Below, piece after piece: positions 36,144-47,958 of a DNA stretch of 64,000 nt. Numbering within the stretch: the first letter of the stretch is position 1; every line of letters starts with the position of its first letter. The notes beneath the pieces were generated by a model. The model did not search any database. It had not been told where the DNA came from and saw only the letters and a list, made by a program, of their open reading frames with translations. The DNA comes from Mantamonas sphyraenae STR306. Its lineage: Eukaryota; Protista; CRuMs. The DNA lies in the NCBI GenBank assembly GCA_026936335.1, contig JAPMXV010000032.1, forward strand, positions 310,001 through 374,000. Reading direction: 5' to 3'. The translations under genes and the position numbers were made by a program.

Positions 36144-36792
36144 TCACTTTGTGTCGTCCAGCTCCTTCAGAGCCTGCTTGGCCTGCGACAAGATGCTTCC
36201 CTGAGCGTCGGTGGAGAGCACCCATTCCAAGTATCGCTTGGCCTGGGGTTCTTTGAGGAACTGACCCCACGTCATCCCCTGGAACTTCTTGAACATGGGC
36301 GGCACAGGGTCCGACTTTTTGAATGTGGCAGACGACGCAGAGGCGGAGGAGGAAGGTGCGGTTGCCGAGGAAGAGGAAGAGGAAGAGGAAGGAGATGCAG
36401 AGGCGGAGCTTCCTCCGCCACTGGTGGAGGAAGAGCCAGAGCCAGAGACAGGTGAGGATGAGGCAGAAGGGGCACCAGCACCGCCGAGCTCACGCCACGG
36501 GTAGCCAAAGGGCTTGGAGGTCTTGAGCCGCCACAGCTTGCGCTTGTCCTTGGTGCGTGTGTTTTCAGCCAGCACGGTGATGGCATGCTTGTCCTTAAAC
36601 TCGGTGATAAACGAGGGGTCCCACAACTCCGAGGCAATGCCCAGATCCTTGCAGCAACGCATCAGTGCGTTGGATTTCGTCGACTCGCACGCAGACGCAA
36701 ACGACATGAACGAACTCTGCGAATAGTCCTGTTCCCCGCGGGCCTGAGCCACAAATCGGCCCAGACAGAACAGGGCATACTCGCGAGACAGC

Positions 36793-36828
<36 letters not shown>

Positions 36829-37526
36829 CGTATGTGTGTGCGAAAGGGAGTCTGCGTCAGTGCCAGGAATCTCGGGTCTCGGGAACCGGAAAAAGGTGTG
36901 GAACTCACCGATTTGCCATGGATCTGGGGCTCACCGATGGGCACCATGCCCCAGCCACCAGGACCAAACGCACGGTTGAGGTAGCGACGGTACTTGATCT
37001 CGGGCAGGTAGATGAGGCCGTCGGGTTTGATTTCGACGTCGTTGGGGTCCACGGGGTCGCCCAGGACGGCGGCCACTTCCTTGGGGAAGGGCTCTGCAGA
37101 GATTCCCGTGTACAGGTTCATGAGGTTAACCCCTGGCGAGTTGTTGTCCCACTGGCCTTGCAGCGACTCGGCGCCTTCCTGCTCATCCGCCTGGGCCACG
37201 AAAGCGTGGGTGGAAAAGCGATGGACCATTAATGCCGGAGAACCATTTGTGTGGCGCCCGTACGCCCCATGCAGCGATGCAAGTCCACTGGGTTGACGCC
37301 CAGATGTGCGCAAACATGCTTTGTGACCCCAAGAGGGTTGTGTCTGCTTCAGAGCACCCGTGTGCACGGTTGAACGAGACGTTGAGGCAAAGGAACGGGA
37401 ACCGACCAGTGTAGGCTGTCCGTGTGCAGTCGTGTGACGTGCCACGTGGACCAAAGTGCCACGCACTCCCCGCGTGGCTTGGTGGATGCTGGGGGACAAC
37501 TTGGATGTGACTCTACGTGCAAACAT
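36144..37526 (-). CDS. MGM101: Mitochondrial genome maintenance protein Mgm101 (Rad52-type annealing protein)
   Basis: EIKPDGLIYLPEIKYRRYLNRAFGPGGWG...ARGEQDY...KSNALMRCCKDLGIASELWDP; basic presequence; intron 36792-36908. Confidence 0.93.
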
Positions 37527-37613
37527 GAGGAGAGTGGGAGGGTCAATGTTGTTAGTTGGAAATGGGCAGCATGCCGCAATGGAGGCAAATTGCATTGCAT
37601 CATGGCCTCTGGC

Positions 37614-38870
37614 TCACACGACGAAAATGTTTGAAAAGTACAGATTGCTGAGTTGCTGGACCTCGTCGTGGATGTCGATGATGTTTGCGTTCTTGTTGTC
37701 AAAGAGGACGTAGAACTCACGTGCTTGGGAGCGGATGGCCACCACCCACTTGCCTGAGCTTGTCTTTACACTGACCTCGCTCAAGTCTTCCTCGCCGTCC
37801 ACAAACTGCTGGTGGATGTCTGTGAGGATGCTCATCAGCTCGGTGGCGTTCTGCTCCCGCATGGACGACTTGAGAGCAAGGTTCATGTGGTTGAAGTAGA
37901 GGAATTCGTAGGTGTCGTCGTCAGCTGGCTTGGGCTGTTCGTCGATCATTTGGGTCAGAAAGTCGACTTCGGGTTGGATGAGCTCGTTGAGCGATTGGTA
38001 AAACTCCAAATCGGTGGACGACGAGTCGTCTGTGAGGAAGAGCACGGTTAGGGGACCCTGTTGGAACACCAGCAGGTGGTACTCCTGTTCTCCATGGTTC
38101 ACAAACACCTGCTGCACATTAAAGGCGGTTTCAGGGTCATCCAGGTCCGCCGGCCCCGTCAGGAATCCCGAGCGTCCGTCGCCCCCGAAGAGTGTCTCCA
38201 CCTGTGTGCCCATCAACAATTGGCTGCGATTGCCCAACTCTGCCTCTGCCAGTTCCGCCAACGATTCGTTCAATTGCTTGCGCGACACACGCGTGGACAG
38301 CCGCTGAGTCAACGACTTGCGGTTTGCCTGGCTCTTGGGGCTGCCCAGGTGCGACGATGACGATGAGGACGATGAACCCGACGACGTTAATGTGTTGGAT
38401 GATCCTTGCGACGAGTTGCCGTCCTCTCCCTGTTGCTCCCGTGCGCTGAGATGCCGCACCACAAAACGGTACAGGATGCGCATGTCTTCGAGCTCCAGCC
38501 CACTCCACACCAGGTGGTCGTTGTACAAGAAACACGTGTGTTTGATTTGCGGGAAGGCATTCTCGCAGATGTTGACCTGGTTTTCGTAGGGTGGGGAGGG
38601 AGTGCTTGGTCGTCAGCGATGCACAGCCCTCACCGCAACACGCTCCACCACCACCAGCAGTGGCACCCGAGGCCCCACAGGAGCACCCTTGGAGGCCACG
38701 AGGACCAGGGACACCAGGGAAAACTTACAAATGATTGCACACGCAGGTAGAGGCCCTTGTCGAGGGGCATAAAGATGATGCCTGCGGGCGGATTGGAGAG
38801 GGTTAGCGAAGCCTGTTGTCTTTGGCACCACAACACCCATGGAGGGCGTGAAAGAAAGGAATACAACCAC

Positions 38871-38916
<46 letters not shown>

Positions 38917-39469
38917 ATAGTGGACAAAGACACGCACCATTGAGAGATGTGACGAGGTCGAGTTGACGGAAGGGCACTGAGGCGAGCTGGCTGAGCATGT
39001 GCTGGTCGAGTTTGTCGACAAGGGTCTTGAGGGAGAAGCTGTCGATGAGGTGCTCAAACGTCCCATTGAAGAATACAAAGGTGTGGTACAGCTGTTCGAT
39101 GAGTTGCTTGAGCACCTGGTCGTTGAGCTCCTCCTCAAGATAGGTGATCTTTGTCTCCCCCTCCTTGGTGACAGTGATGCGCTGCGGATTGCTCATCACC
39201 ATCACCATCCACATGTTGGGCTCACACTCTCGGTACACGTAACGGTGTTTCTGTGTGTGCAACGACTCGCACGCCACGGGCGAGAACGTGCCCGTGAAGT
39301 TGATCAACGCCTCACTGAGGCCGACATTGGACATCTTTGTGTCCAGATTTGTGTCCTTGGGGAAGTAGAACAGAATCTTCTCATGCTCATTCTCTTCCCG
39401 TTGCCCAAACGTCGGGTTGAAGAGGAACAGGTGCGCGAGGTCCGCACGCTTGATGGTCTCGCTGCTCAT
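37614..39469 (-). CDS. CCZ1: Vacuolar fusion protein CCZ1 (Mon1-Ccz1 Rab7 GEF subunit)
   Basis: FNPTFGQREENEHEKILFYFP...VGLSEALINFT, FLYNDHLVWSGL, FLYFNHMNLALKS. Introns about 38781-38938 and 38577-38728. Confidence 0.92.
38874..38916. repeat. (CA)n/(TG)n microsatellite in a CCZ1 intron (similar tracts near 12622-12645, 36793-36840, 48695-48745)
   Basis: Directly visible dinucleotide runs, mostly intronic or intergenic. Confidence 0.9.
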
Positions 39470-39628
39470 CTTGGTCGTGCCTGCGCAGTGGGTGCAACCT
39501 GTCTCAACATCACTGCATGTGTATGTATGCGTGCGTGCGTGCGTGCGACGGTGTCTGTGTGTGCGGATGTCCCTGTCGAATTCCACCGCACGCGCGCTCC
39601 TCCAGCACACAAACGAAAAAAAACAACG

Positions 39629-41849
39629 ATGAACAAGGCGCTCCTTGCTGCGTTCTTGGCTCTGCTGTGTCTGATGGCTGGCGTGTGCGCGTCGCCTGCA
39701 GCTGTAAGTAGACACTCGTGTGGATGGCGAGTGTGATAGAGACCCGTGGGACGCTGTGGAGCCCGGTTTGTGGAACAAAAGGGCCGGAGGTGGAAAAACG
39801 GCGCCGCAATCAGACTCGGGTCCGTCCCTCTCTGGGGCCGCCAGCACGTGCCACAGAGCCCAACGACACGCACTGACACATCATACGCATGGACACACAC
39901 AGCAGCAAGCCGTGGATATCAACCAAGAGACGGCAGACTTTGAGTCTGATGACATGGCGTCTGCCGCAGAGGAGGAGAACGAGAACGACGAGGCGTCGGC
40001 TTCCGAGTCTGAGGAGGAGGCAGAGGCAGAGGAAGTGACGGACGAGGCACCTGCCACCGATGGGTGGGCGCAGGTGGTTGTTCCCATGCACGAGTTTGAG
40101 GAGCACGATCTGCGTGAGCTGCTGATGGACGACGACGAGAACATGTTCTTCCGTCGTGTGTTCCGCGCTGTGGGTCGCTTTGTGGGCCGTGTGGCACGTG
40201 GCATTGGCAAGGGCATCAGCCGTGTTGCTCGTGCTGTGGGCAAGGGCATCAGCCGCGTGGCACGTGGTGTCGGCAAGGTGTTCAAGGGTGTTGCTCGCTT
40301 CGTGGGCAAGGCCATCTCTGCTGTGGGATCGTTCATCCAGAAGGTCGGTGCTGGCATTGGTTCGTTCATTGCCAAGATCGCCCCTGTGGTGATGAAGGTG
40401 CTGAACAGCCCGTTCTTCAAGATCGCTTCGATGGCCATCTCGTTCATTCCGGGTATCGGAACGGCGTTTGGCATGGTGAGCGGTGTGCTTGGCAAGCTGG
40501 GTGGCGTGGGTGGTCTGATTGGCAACGTTGCGTCCAAGGGTCTGTCGTTCCTGAGCGGCATCACCAACGGCGGCGGTCTGCTCGGCAACCTCGCATCTGG
40601 TCTGAGCAAGGGACTGTCGTTCCTGAAGGGCACTGCTCTGAGCGGACTGACCAAGGTGTCTGGCTTCATTGGCAAGATCCAAGGATTTGCCAGCAAGTTT
40701 ACGACGGGCAACCTGTTCAGCACGATCAAGGGCTTCGTTTCGGAGCTGCCCATTGCGAAGCAGATCATGAACGGCCCTGTGGGTCAGCTGATTGCCAAGG
40801 GCAAGGCTCTGTTTGACAAGTTTGGCAACAACCCGATTGGTGCCGCTCTGAAGGACAAGTTCAACTCGATCAAGGATCAGCTTGTTGGCAAGCTCCAGGA
40901 TAAGCTGCGTGGCATCAACCCGTTCGACAAGGTGGCCAACACCCTTGGTGGTATCCAGGACAAGCTGACGCGTATCATCGGTGGTGAGCGTGTCGGTCTC
41001 AACGACCTGCTTGGTTCTCTGCAGAACAACGCTCAGGTCGAGGGCCAGATCCAGCGTGAGCTGGGTACTCAGGTGCTGACCCAGCGCCAGATTGACCAGC
41101 AGTTCATGGCTCTGCGTGACCAGTTTGAGCTGGAGGCATCGCAGATGCCTGGGTTCAAGTACTCGTGGCAGAAGGTTGTGGGTGCACCTGTGGCGATGGT
41201 TGAGAAGGCCCGCAAGGAGGTTGGTGACTTTGCCGCCGATGTGCTTGCGTTCAAGGGTCTGCGCACCAAGGCTCTGACCATCCTGAACCGCTACGGTAGC
41301 AAGACCACCGTGGCTGTGCTGGGCAACGTGGGCCGCTACAGCCTGTCTGAGACGCTTGTGAACGCCATGCGCCGCTACACGGAGTATGGCAAGACGCTGT
41401 TTGGCAAGAGCTTTAACGCTGGCCTGAAGCTGAACCCGAGCGTTCGCAAGATTGTGACGGACGGCAAGGGTGCCATTGGCACGCTCAAGACTCTGATGGA
41501 CGGCGGTGTGCAGAACTACAACGCCATCAAGGGCATGTTTGACATGCAAAAGTCGGAGGACAACCTGCTGGCTCGTGCCAAGAAGCTGATCGGCGAGGAG
41601 GTGACCCTGAAGAACATGCCTGAGGTCGAGCGTCTGCTGCAGAAGAAGACCGAGCTGCTCAAGATGGACACCGCCGGCGATGTTGTCATCACTCTCGAAG
41701 AGATGAAGCAGCTGTACGCACGCCTGCAGCAGGCCGAGGACCAGGCCGCTGCCGCTGACGCAGCCAAGGCCAAGCCCAAGCCTACGCCCAAGCCGCGTCC
41801 CCCCACGCGCCGTCGTCGTCGTCGCCGTCGTCGCCGTCGCCGCTGGTGA
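39629..41849 (+). CDS. Unknown secreted pre-pro-protein, copy A (673 aa; amphipathic cationic repeats, poly-Arg C-terminus)
   Basis: Exon 1 39629-39703 encodes signal peptide MNKALLAAFLALLCLMAGVCASPAA; 199-nt intron 39704-39902 (GTAAGT...CTGAC...CACAG); open exon 2; strongly biased codons; ends R12W. Confidence 0.88.
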
Positions 41850-42023
41850 TCAATTTGTTCATTCCCCGTGAGGTGAATGATTGTTGCCGTGGACGGCCTG
41901 CCAAGACCGTCTGTGACGCGTTGTTTGCCGCGCACAAGACAATGAAGAAATGGAAATCACTCGCAGACAACCAACCAACAAAATTGCTTGTAATTGAAAC
42001 AGTCTTGGTGCAAACAGAACAGT

Positions 42024-44404
42024 TTACTCAGACTCCTCGGAGCTGTCGTTGTCGCTCATGTCGCTCTCGCTGTCCTCGCTGTCCTCGACGCGTCCGTGCT
42101 GCATACCCATGAATCGAGCACGCGGGTGGACGTAGCCACCACGGCCCGTGTAGGGAGCACTCGGGTTGGTGTACCCACCACGACCCTGGAATTGGTAAGG
42201 AGCACGCGGGTTGACATAGCCGCCACGACCCTGGTAAGGAGCACGCGGGGCAGGGGTGGGGCGAGCAGGAGCCTGCTCGGCAGCAGCAGCCTCTGCTTCT
42301 GCCTGGGTCAGGCGAGCATACAGCTCCTTGACCTCCTCCAGAGTGATCACAACGTCACCCTCGGTCTCCATCTCCAGCAGCTCGGTCTTCTGCTTGAGAA
42401 GGTTGATCACCTCGGGCATCGACGCCAGCTCGGCCTCCTCACCCAGCAGCGTCTTGGCACGGCTCAGCAGGTTGTCTTCGGTCTTCTGGACGTCAAACAT
42501 ACCCTTGATGGCGTTGTAGTTGTCCACACCGCCGTCCATCAGAGTCTTGAGCGTGTCAATGGCACCCTTGCCGTCCGTCACAATGGAACGCACCTGCGGG
42601 TTCAGGGTCAGACCTGCGTTGAAGTTGCGACCAAACAGCTTCTTGCCATACTCCGTGTAACGGCGCATGGCGTTCACAAGCGTCTCGGACAGGCTGTAGC
42701 GGCCCACGTTGCCCAGCACGGCAACCGTCGACCTGCTACCGTAGCGGTTCAGGATGGTCAAAGCCTTGGTACGCAGACCCTTGAACGCAAGCACATCGGC
42801 GGCAAAGTCACCAACCTCCTTGCGGGCCTTCTCGACCATCGCCACAGGCGCACCCACGACCTTCTGCCACGAGTACTTGAATCCAGGCATCTGCGATGCC
42901 TCCAGCTCAAACTGGTCACGCAGAGCCATGAACTGCTGGTCAATCTGGCGCTGGGTCAGCACTCAGTACCCAGCTCGCGCTGGATCTGGCCCTCGACCTC
43001 GGCGTTGTTCTGCAGAGAACTGAGGAGATCATCCAGACCGACACGCTCACCACCGATGATACGCGTCAGCTTGTCCTGGATACCACCAAGGGTGTTGGCC
43101 ACGTCATCAAACGGGTTGATGCCACGCAGCTTATCCTGGAGCTTGCAACAAGCTGATCCTTGATCGAGTTGAACTGATCCTTCAGAGCGGCACCAATCGG
43201 GTTGTTGCCAAACTTGTCAAACAGAGCCTTGCCCTTGGCAATCAGCTGACCCACAGGGCCGTTCATGATCTGCTTCGCAATGGGCAGCTCCGAAACGAAG
43301 CCCTTGATCGTGCTGAACAGGTTGCCCGTCGTAAACTTGCTGGCAAATCCTTGGATCTTGCCAATGAAGCCAGACACCTTGGTCAGTCCGCTCAGAGCAG
43401 TGCCCTTCAGGAACGACAGACCCTTGCTCAGACCAGATGCGAGGTTGCCGAGCAGACCGCCGCCGTTGGTGATGCCGCTCAGGAACGACAGACCCTTGGA
43501 CGCAACGTTGCCAATCAGACCACCCACGCCACCCAGCTTGCCAAGCACACCGCTCACCATGCCAAACGCCGTTCCGATACCCGGAATGAACGAAATGGCC
43601 ATCGAGGCGATCTTGAAGAACGGGCTGTTCAGCACCTTCATCACCACAGGGGCGATCTTGGCAATGAACGAACCAATGCCAGCACCGACCTTCTGGATGA
43701 ACGATCCCACAGCAGAGATGGCCTTGCCCACGAAGCGAGCAACACCCTTGAACACCTTGCCGACACCACGTGCCACGCGGCTGATGCCCTTGCCCACAGC
43801 ACGAGCAACACTGCTGATGCCCTTGCCAATGCCACGTGCCACACGGCCCACGAAGCGACCCACAGCGCGGAACACACGACGGAAGAACATGTTCTCGTCG
43901 TCGTCCATCAGCAGCTCACGCAGATCGTGCTCCTCAAACTCGTGCATGGGAACAACCACCTGCGCCCACCCATCGGTGGCAGGTGCCTCGTCCGTCACTT
44001 CCTCTGCCTCTGCCTCCTCCTCAGACTCGGAAGCCGACGCCTCGTCGTTCTCGTTCTCCTCCTCTGCGGCAGACGCCATGTCATCAGACTCAAAGTCTGC
44101 CGTCTCTTGGTTGATATCCACGGCTTGCTGCTGTGTGTGTCCGTGCGTATGATGTGTCAGCGCGTGTCGTTGGGCTCTGTGGCACGTGCTGGCGGCCCCA
44201 GAGAGGGACGGACCCGAGTCTGATTGCGGCGCCGTTTTTCCACCTCCGGCCCTTTTGTTCCACAAACCGGGCTCCACAGCGTCCCACGGGTCTCTATCAC
44301 ATTCGCCATCCACACGAGTGTCTACTTACAGCTGCAGGCGACGCGCACACGCCAGCCATCAGACACAGCAGAGCCAAGAACGCAGCAAGGAGAGCCTTGT
44401 TCAT
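42024..44404 (-). CDS. Unknown secreted pre-pro-protein, copy B (YxGRGGY repeats plus acidic C-terminus)
   Basis: Same signal exon (44330-44404) and 199-nt intron (44131-44329) as copy A. Two single-G losses relative to copy A (near 43148 and 42962) split the ORF. Confidence 0.85.
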
Positions 44405-44644
44405 GGTGGTGCGAAAGTTGCTTTTCTTTGGTTTGTGTGGTTCCGGAATCGCATGGTGTTGAGGTCCAGTCCACTGCATCCGTTTCTGCGATGTGTTCCT
44501 GCAGTCACGTAAATATTCTTCATTGCCCATTGCCAAAGTGAACCACACAAGCGATGCAGGTGCCGGCAAAAGGCGTGGTGTGGATGCGGATGGACGGAGC
44601 TGTGTCCGTGGCCCTGCAACCCGTTTGCACTGCCCTTTGTTGTC

Positions 44645-45964
44645 TTAGTTGGAGGAGGAGGAGGAGCAGTCATTGAGAGCCACACTGACGACAGCCTTCT
44701 GGTGGCCGGAGTAGGTGCGGATGCTCTGACCGGAGTTGACGTCCCAGAGCTTTGCCGTGGTGTCTGAGGAGGCAGTGACGAGATACGCGGAATCAGCGCT
44801 AAAGACACAGTCCCACACCCACTTCTTGTGTCCTGTAAGGGTCTTTTTCAGGGAGAAATCAGAGGTGTCCCAGATCTTTGTGGTGTGGTCGGCACTGGTG
44901 GTGGCCATGAGCTGTGTGTTGGGTGAGAGCACACACTTGGTAATGTATGTGTCATGTGCATCCACACTGGCACTGGCCTCCAGCAGAGAGTTGCTATCCT
45001 TGTCCGAGTTCATCTCCCACACGTAGCAGTCCCCCTTGTTGTTGGCAGCCACTGTCATCGAAGCATCCGACGCCACAGACACCGATCGGATGGGGGTGTC
45101 CTCATCGGGGGTCATTTGCATGGTGCACTCATTGCCAGCCAAGTCCCACACTCGCACTGCCCCTGTCTGGTCCCCAGAGATCAGTTCCCCCTGGTTTGGA
45201 TGCAACACCACAGAGTTGACTGGTCCGTCGCAGTGCAAGTCCCTCTGGCAGCCGGGTGAACGAAGGTCCCAGATTTTGATGGTTCCATCCTCGCTGCCTG
45301 TGTACAGCCAGCGTCCGTCCTTCTGGAAACCCATGGCCACCACGTTGCCCGTGTGTCCGTCAATGCTGGTCATCTGCGTGTCCCGTATGTACGGTGGAGA
45401 TGCGTGTGACGGGGTGAGTGAGTGTGTGCCCCAGTGTGTGTGCCCCTCTCTGTGTTGTGACACCACGTAGCCGCATAGGTTGGCGTGCAAATCCCCTCCC
45501 GCCCCACGGCAAAACCTACCGGCGATGGATTGTTTGAGTTGATTTCAAACAGGCGCACCTGTGGATTGCCTGCAGCTGCCAAAAGACTCTTGTCTGGCGA
45601 AATCTCAAGCTTGTTGACTTGCTGTGGGCACACACACAGACACAAGCAGGGGTCAGAATCCCGTGTGCTTGCTTTCACTCACCTCTTCTCGCTCTCTCTC
45701 TCTCTTTTCTCTTGTGATGCCATCCCTCACATGGTTCTCCCCCTTCCCCTGTTCATCTGATTGGATGACCCATCGCCTCCCTCCCAACTGTGTGTGTACA
45801 TCGATTTGCCCCCCCCCCCCTCGTCCACGTACCGAGTCAGAGTGCTGCAGTGTGCGGTAGGTAATCCCACCCGGTGCTTCCCAGAAGCGGATGGTGTGAT
45901 CATACCCCGCTGTGGTGAGAATCACCGACGGTGTCTTTACGTTGCCACTTGATGACTGACTCAT
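44645..45964 (-). CDS. LST8: TOR complex subunit LST8 (WD40)
   Basis: [65 protein letters not shown]; two introns (about 45562-45831 and 45374-45519). Confidence 0.95.
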
Positions 45965-46051
45965 GTGTTGATTCCCCCCGAAAAGAACCTTTTGTTTCGG
46001 GCAGCGGCGCGCAGGCGAGACAAAGCCAAACCTCAAACGAAACCGCCCCCC

Positions 46052-47872
46052 ATGCTGCATCTTCGCACGCGTGTGCTGTCCCTTGCCGCTGTGTGCATCC
46101 TCCCCCTTCTTCTCCTTGTGTTTGTGCCCCTTTGTGTCCATGGGGCAACCGATGGGACGCGTGAGGAGCAGGCAGATGGCGCCGTTCCTGTCGACGACCC
46201 TCTGCAAGACATGAGAAGCAGCGGCACCAGCCAGCCGGTAGCCACACCTGAACCCAGTGCTGCCTCTCCGGAGCACCCATGGACAGACATGTCCTTTGCA
46301 CCAAAGACACAGTCCATTTGGTGCGTCCCCCACGCCCAAGCAGGCTCCTTTCTTCATCTCTACCGCGCGCGCGTTCAGATCCGTGCCGCAGACAACACCG
46401 CCGGCCTTTCCGTCGCCCTCGAGCCCAACCCCTTTGTACAAAGCGCATCCAGGTGAGTGTGTTCTGTTGGCCCTGTCCATGGCCCTCTGCATGCCTGTCT
46501 GTGTGCATCGCATTCATTCGTGGCCATTGCCACTTGCTGCTCAAGTGTTTTCTCGTCCCTTCCCGCCCTGCACTTCCCCTTGCCCGCCCCCGTCCAGTTT
46601 GCGCCTGACTGACTGTTGGCCTTGTGTCTCCCGCCCTTCCCCGTACTCCTTGTCTCTACCCCTCTGTGACGAATGACCATGACGACAGTGTGCTGGACGA
46701 GAGTGGCAAGAACAGCGTGATCAACGTCTCGCTGCCCCTGTTGCAGACACAACCCGACCCTACTTTGTGTCTGAGCATCTTCAACCATGCCCCCACGCGT
46801 ACCTACGCCAGGGTTCGTGTGTGGTTGGAACCCTTGTACCGTATGTTGTGTGCACACTCCCCCCCTCCCCCTCTCACCGCTCTGGTGGCACCCCTATCGT
46901 GTTCATTCCAAGCTGACGATCATTGACGTCACCCAATCCACCCCTCCCCCCCTTCACTGCCACTGGTCACACAGACAAGGAAATGGCCACGGTTATGTTG
47001 GCTGCTGCTGCTTTGGGTCTTGTCCAGCTCTCCATTTCCCTCATCCAAGTGTTGTTTGGTTCCTCTGCAAAGACGACGGTCAACGCAGCCGCTGCGGCCC
47101 AGGTGAGTCTCCTTTGCCTCTCCAATCCAATCCAATCCACCCACCCATCATCATCATCATCGTGTCTTTTCACCCTACTCATCCTCCCATTGAACCATTG
47201 CAGAACGACGCACCTCGATTTGCGCGCAGGGTGTCCAACGACGAATATCGCATCCGTTCTCGCCACGTGACACAGCGTGAGCTGACCAAACTGCGTCAGA
47301 CGGACGAATACCAGGCCATGGTAGCCCAGCGTGGCTCCGATCTGTCAAAGTGGAACTGGCAGATCCGCCAGCGTTTGTTTGGCCCAAACATCCAAACCGC
47401 AGGCCGACTCGTGCGCACAGTAGCCACCCTCATCGATTGGATTAATATCTATGGCGCCGCCATGCTCATCAATGGTCTCTATTACGACCGGAATGAGGCT
47501 CTGAAACACTCTGTGCTCCAGCTGCTGCGCCAGCATCTGGCCGACGTTTGGGCAGACATGGAGCTGGCCATCCACTATGGCCTGCTTCTAGGCAGCATCA
47601 TCCAGCTGTCCATCATTGCGTCTGGCCTGTGGAGTGGCCACACAATGGGGCGATCCCTCACCGGTCTGCAGCTCATGCTGCACGACCGTACGGATGACAC
47701 ACACAGCCATGTTGGACCCTTGCGCAACATCGTGCGCGAGGTCCTCAAACTGCTTCTGCTGCCGCTGGAGCTCATGTGGGCCATTGTGTCTGTCTGCATG
47801 ACCAATGACGGCTCCACGCTCGTCGACATGCTTTTGGGCACCCGCGTGGCATTTGTGACACGCCGGAGGTGA
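46052..47872 (+). CDS. Signal-peptide membrane protein with C-terminal RDD-like domain
   Basis: Four exons join in frame (introns about 46453-46688, 46841-46974, 47103-47203). RDD-like [32 protein letters not shown]. Confidence 0.62.
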
Positions 47873-47958
47873 AAACGAATGTACGATTTTTGATCCAAAC
47901 ACAAATCACAGCATACGCGATTTTATACACATTTCGGTCTGAATCAAAATTACAACAC

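Larger units (their letters stand above)
39629..44404. repeat. About 2.1-kb inverted duplication (arms about 39629-41750 and 42290-44404)
   Basis: The arms are near-perfect reverse complements from the ATG through the intron and first ~1.3 kb, and more diverged toward the centre. Confidence 0.95.

Noticed and set aside
39704-39902. snoRNA in the conserved intron
   Set aside because: No clear RUGAUGA C box or terminal stem. The CTGA is better explained as the branch point, and the conservation by duplication or conversion.
39629-44404. Inverted repeat as a transposon with terminal inverted repeats, or as a pure assembly artefact
   Set aside because: No transposase or target-site duplication is visible. 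The arms are intron-containing genes with many synonymous and amino-acid differences and unique tails.
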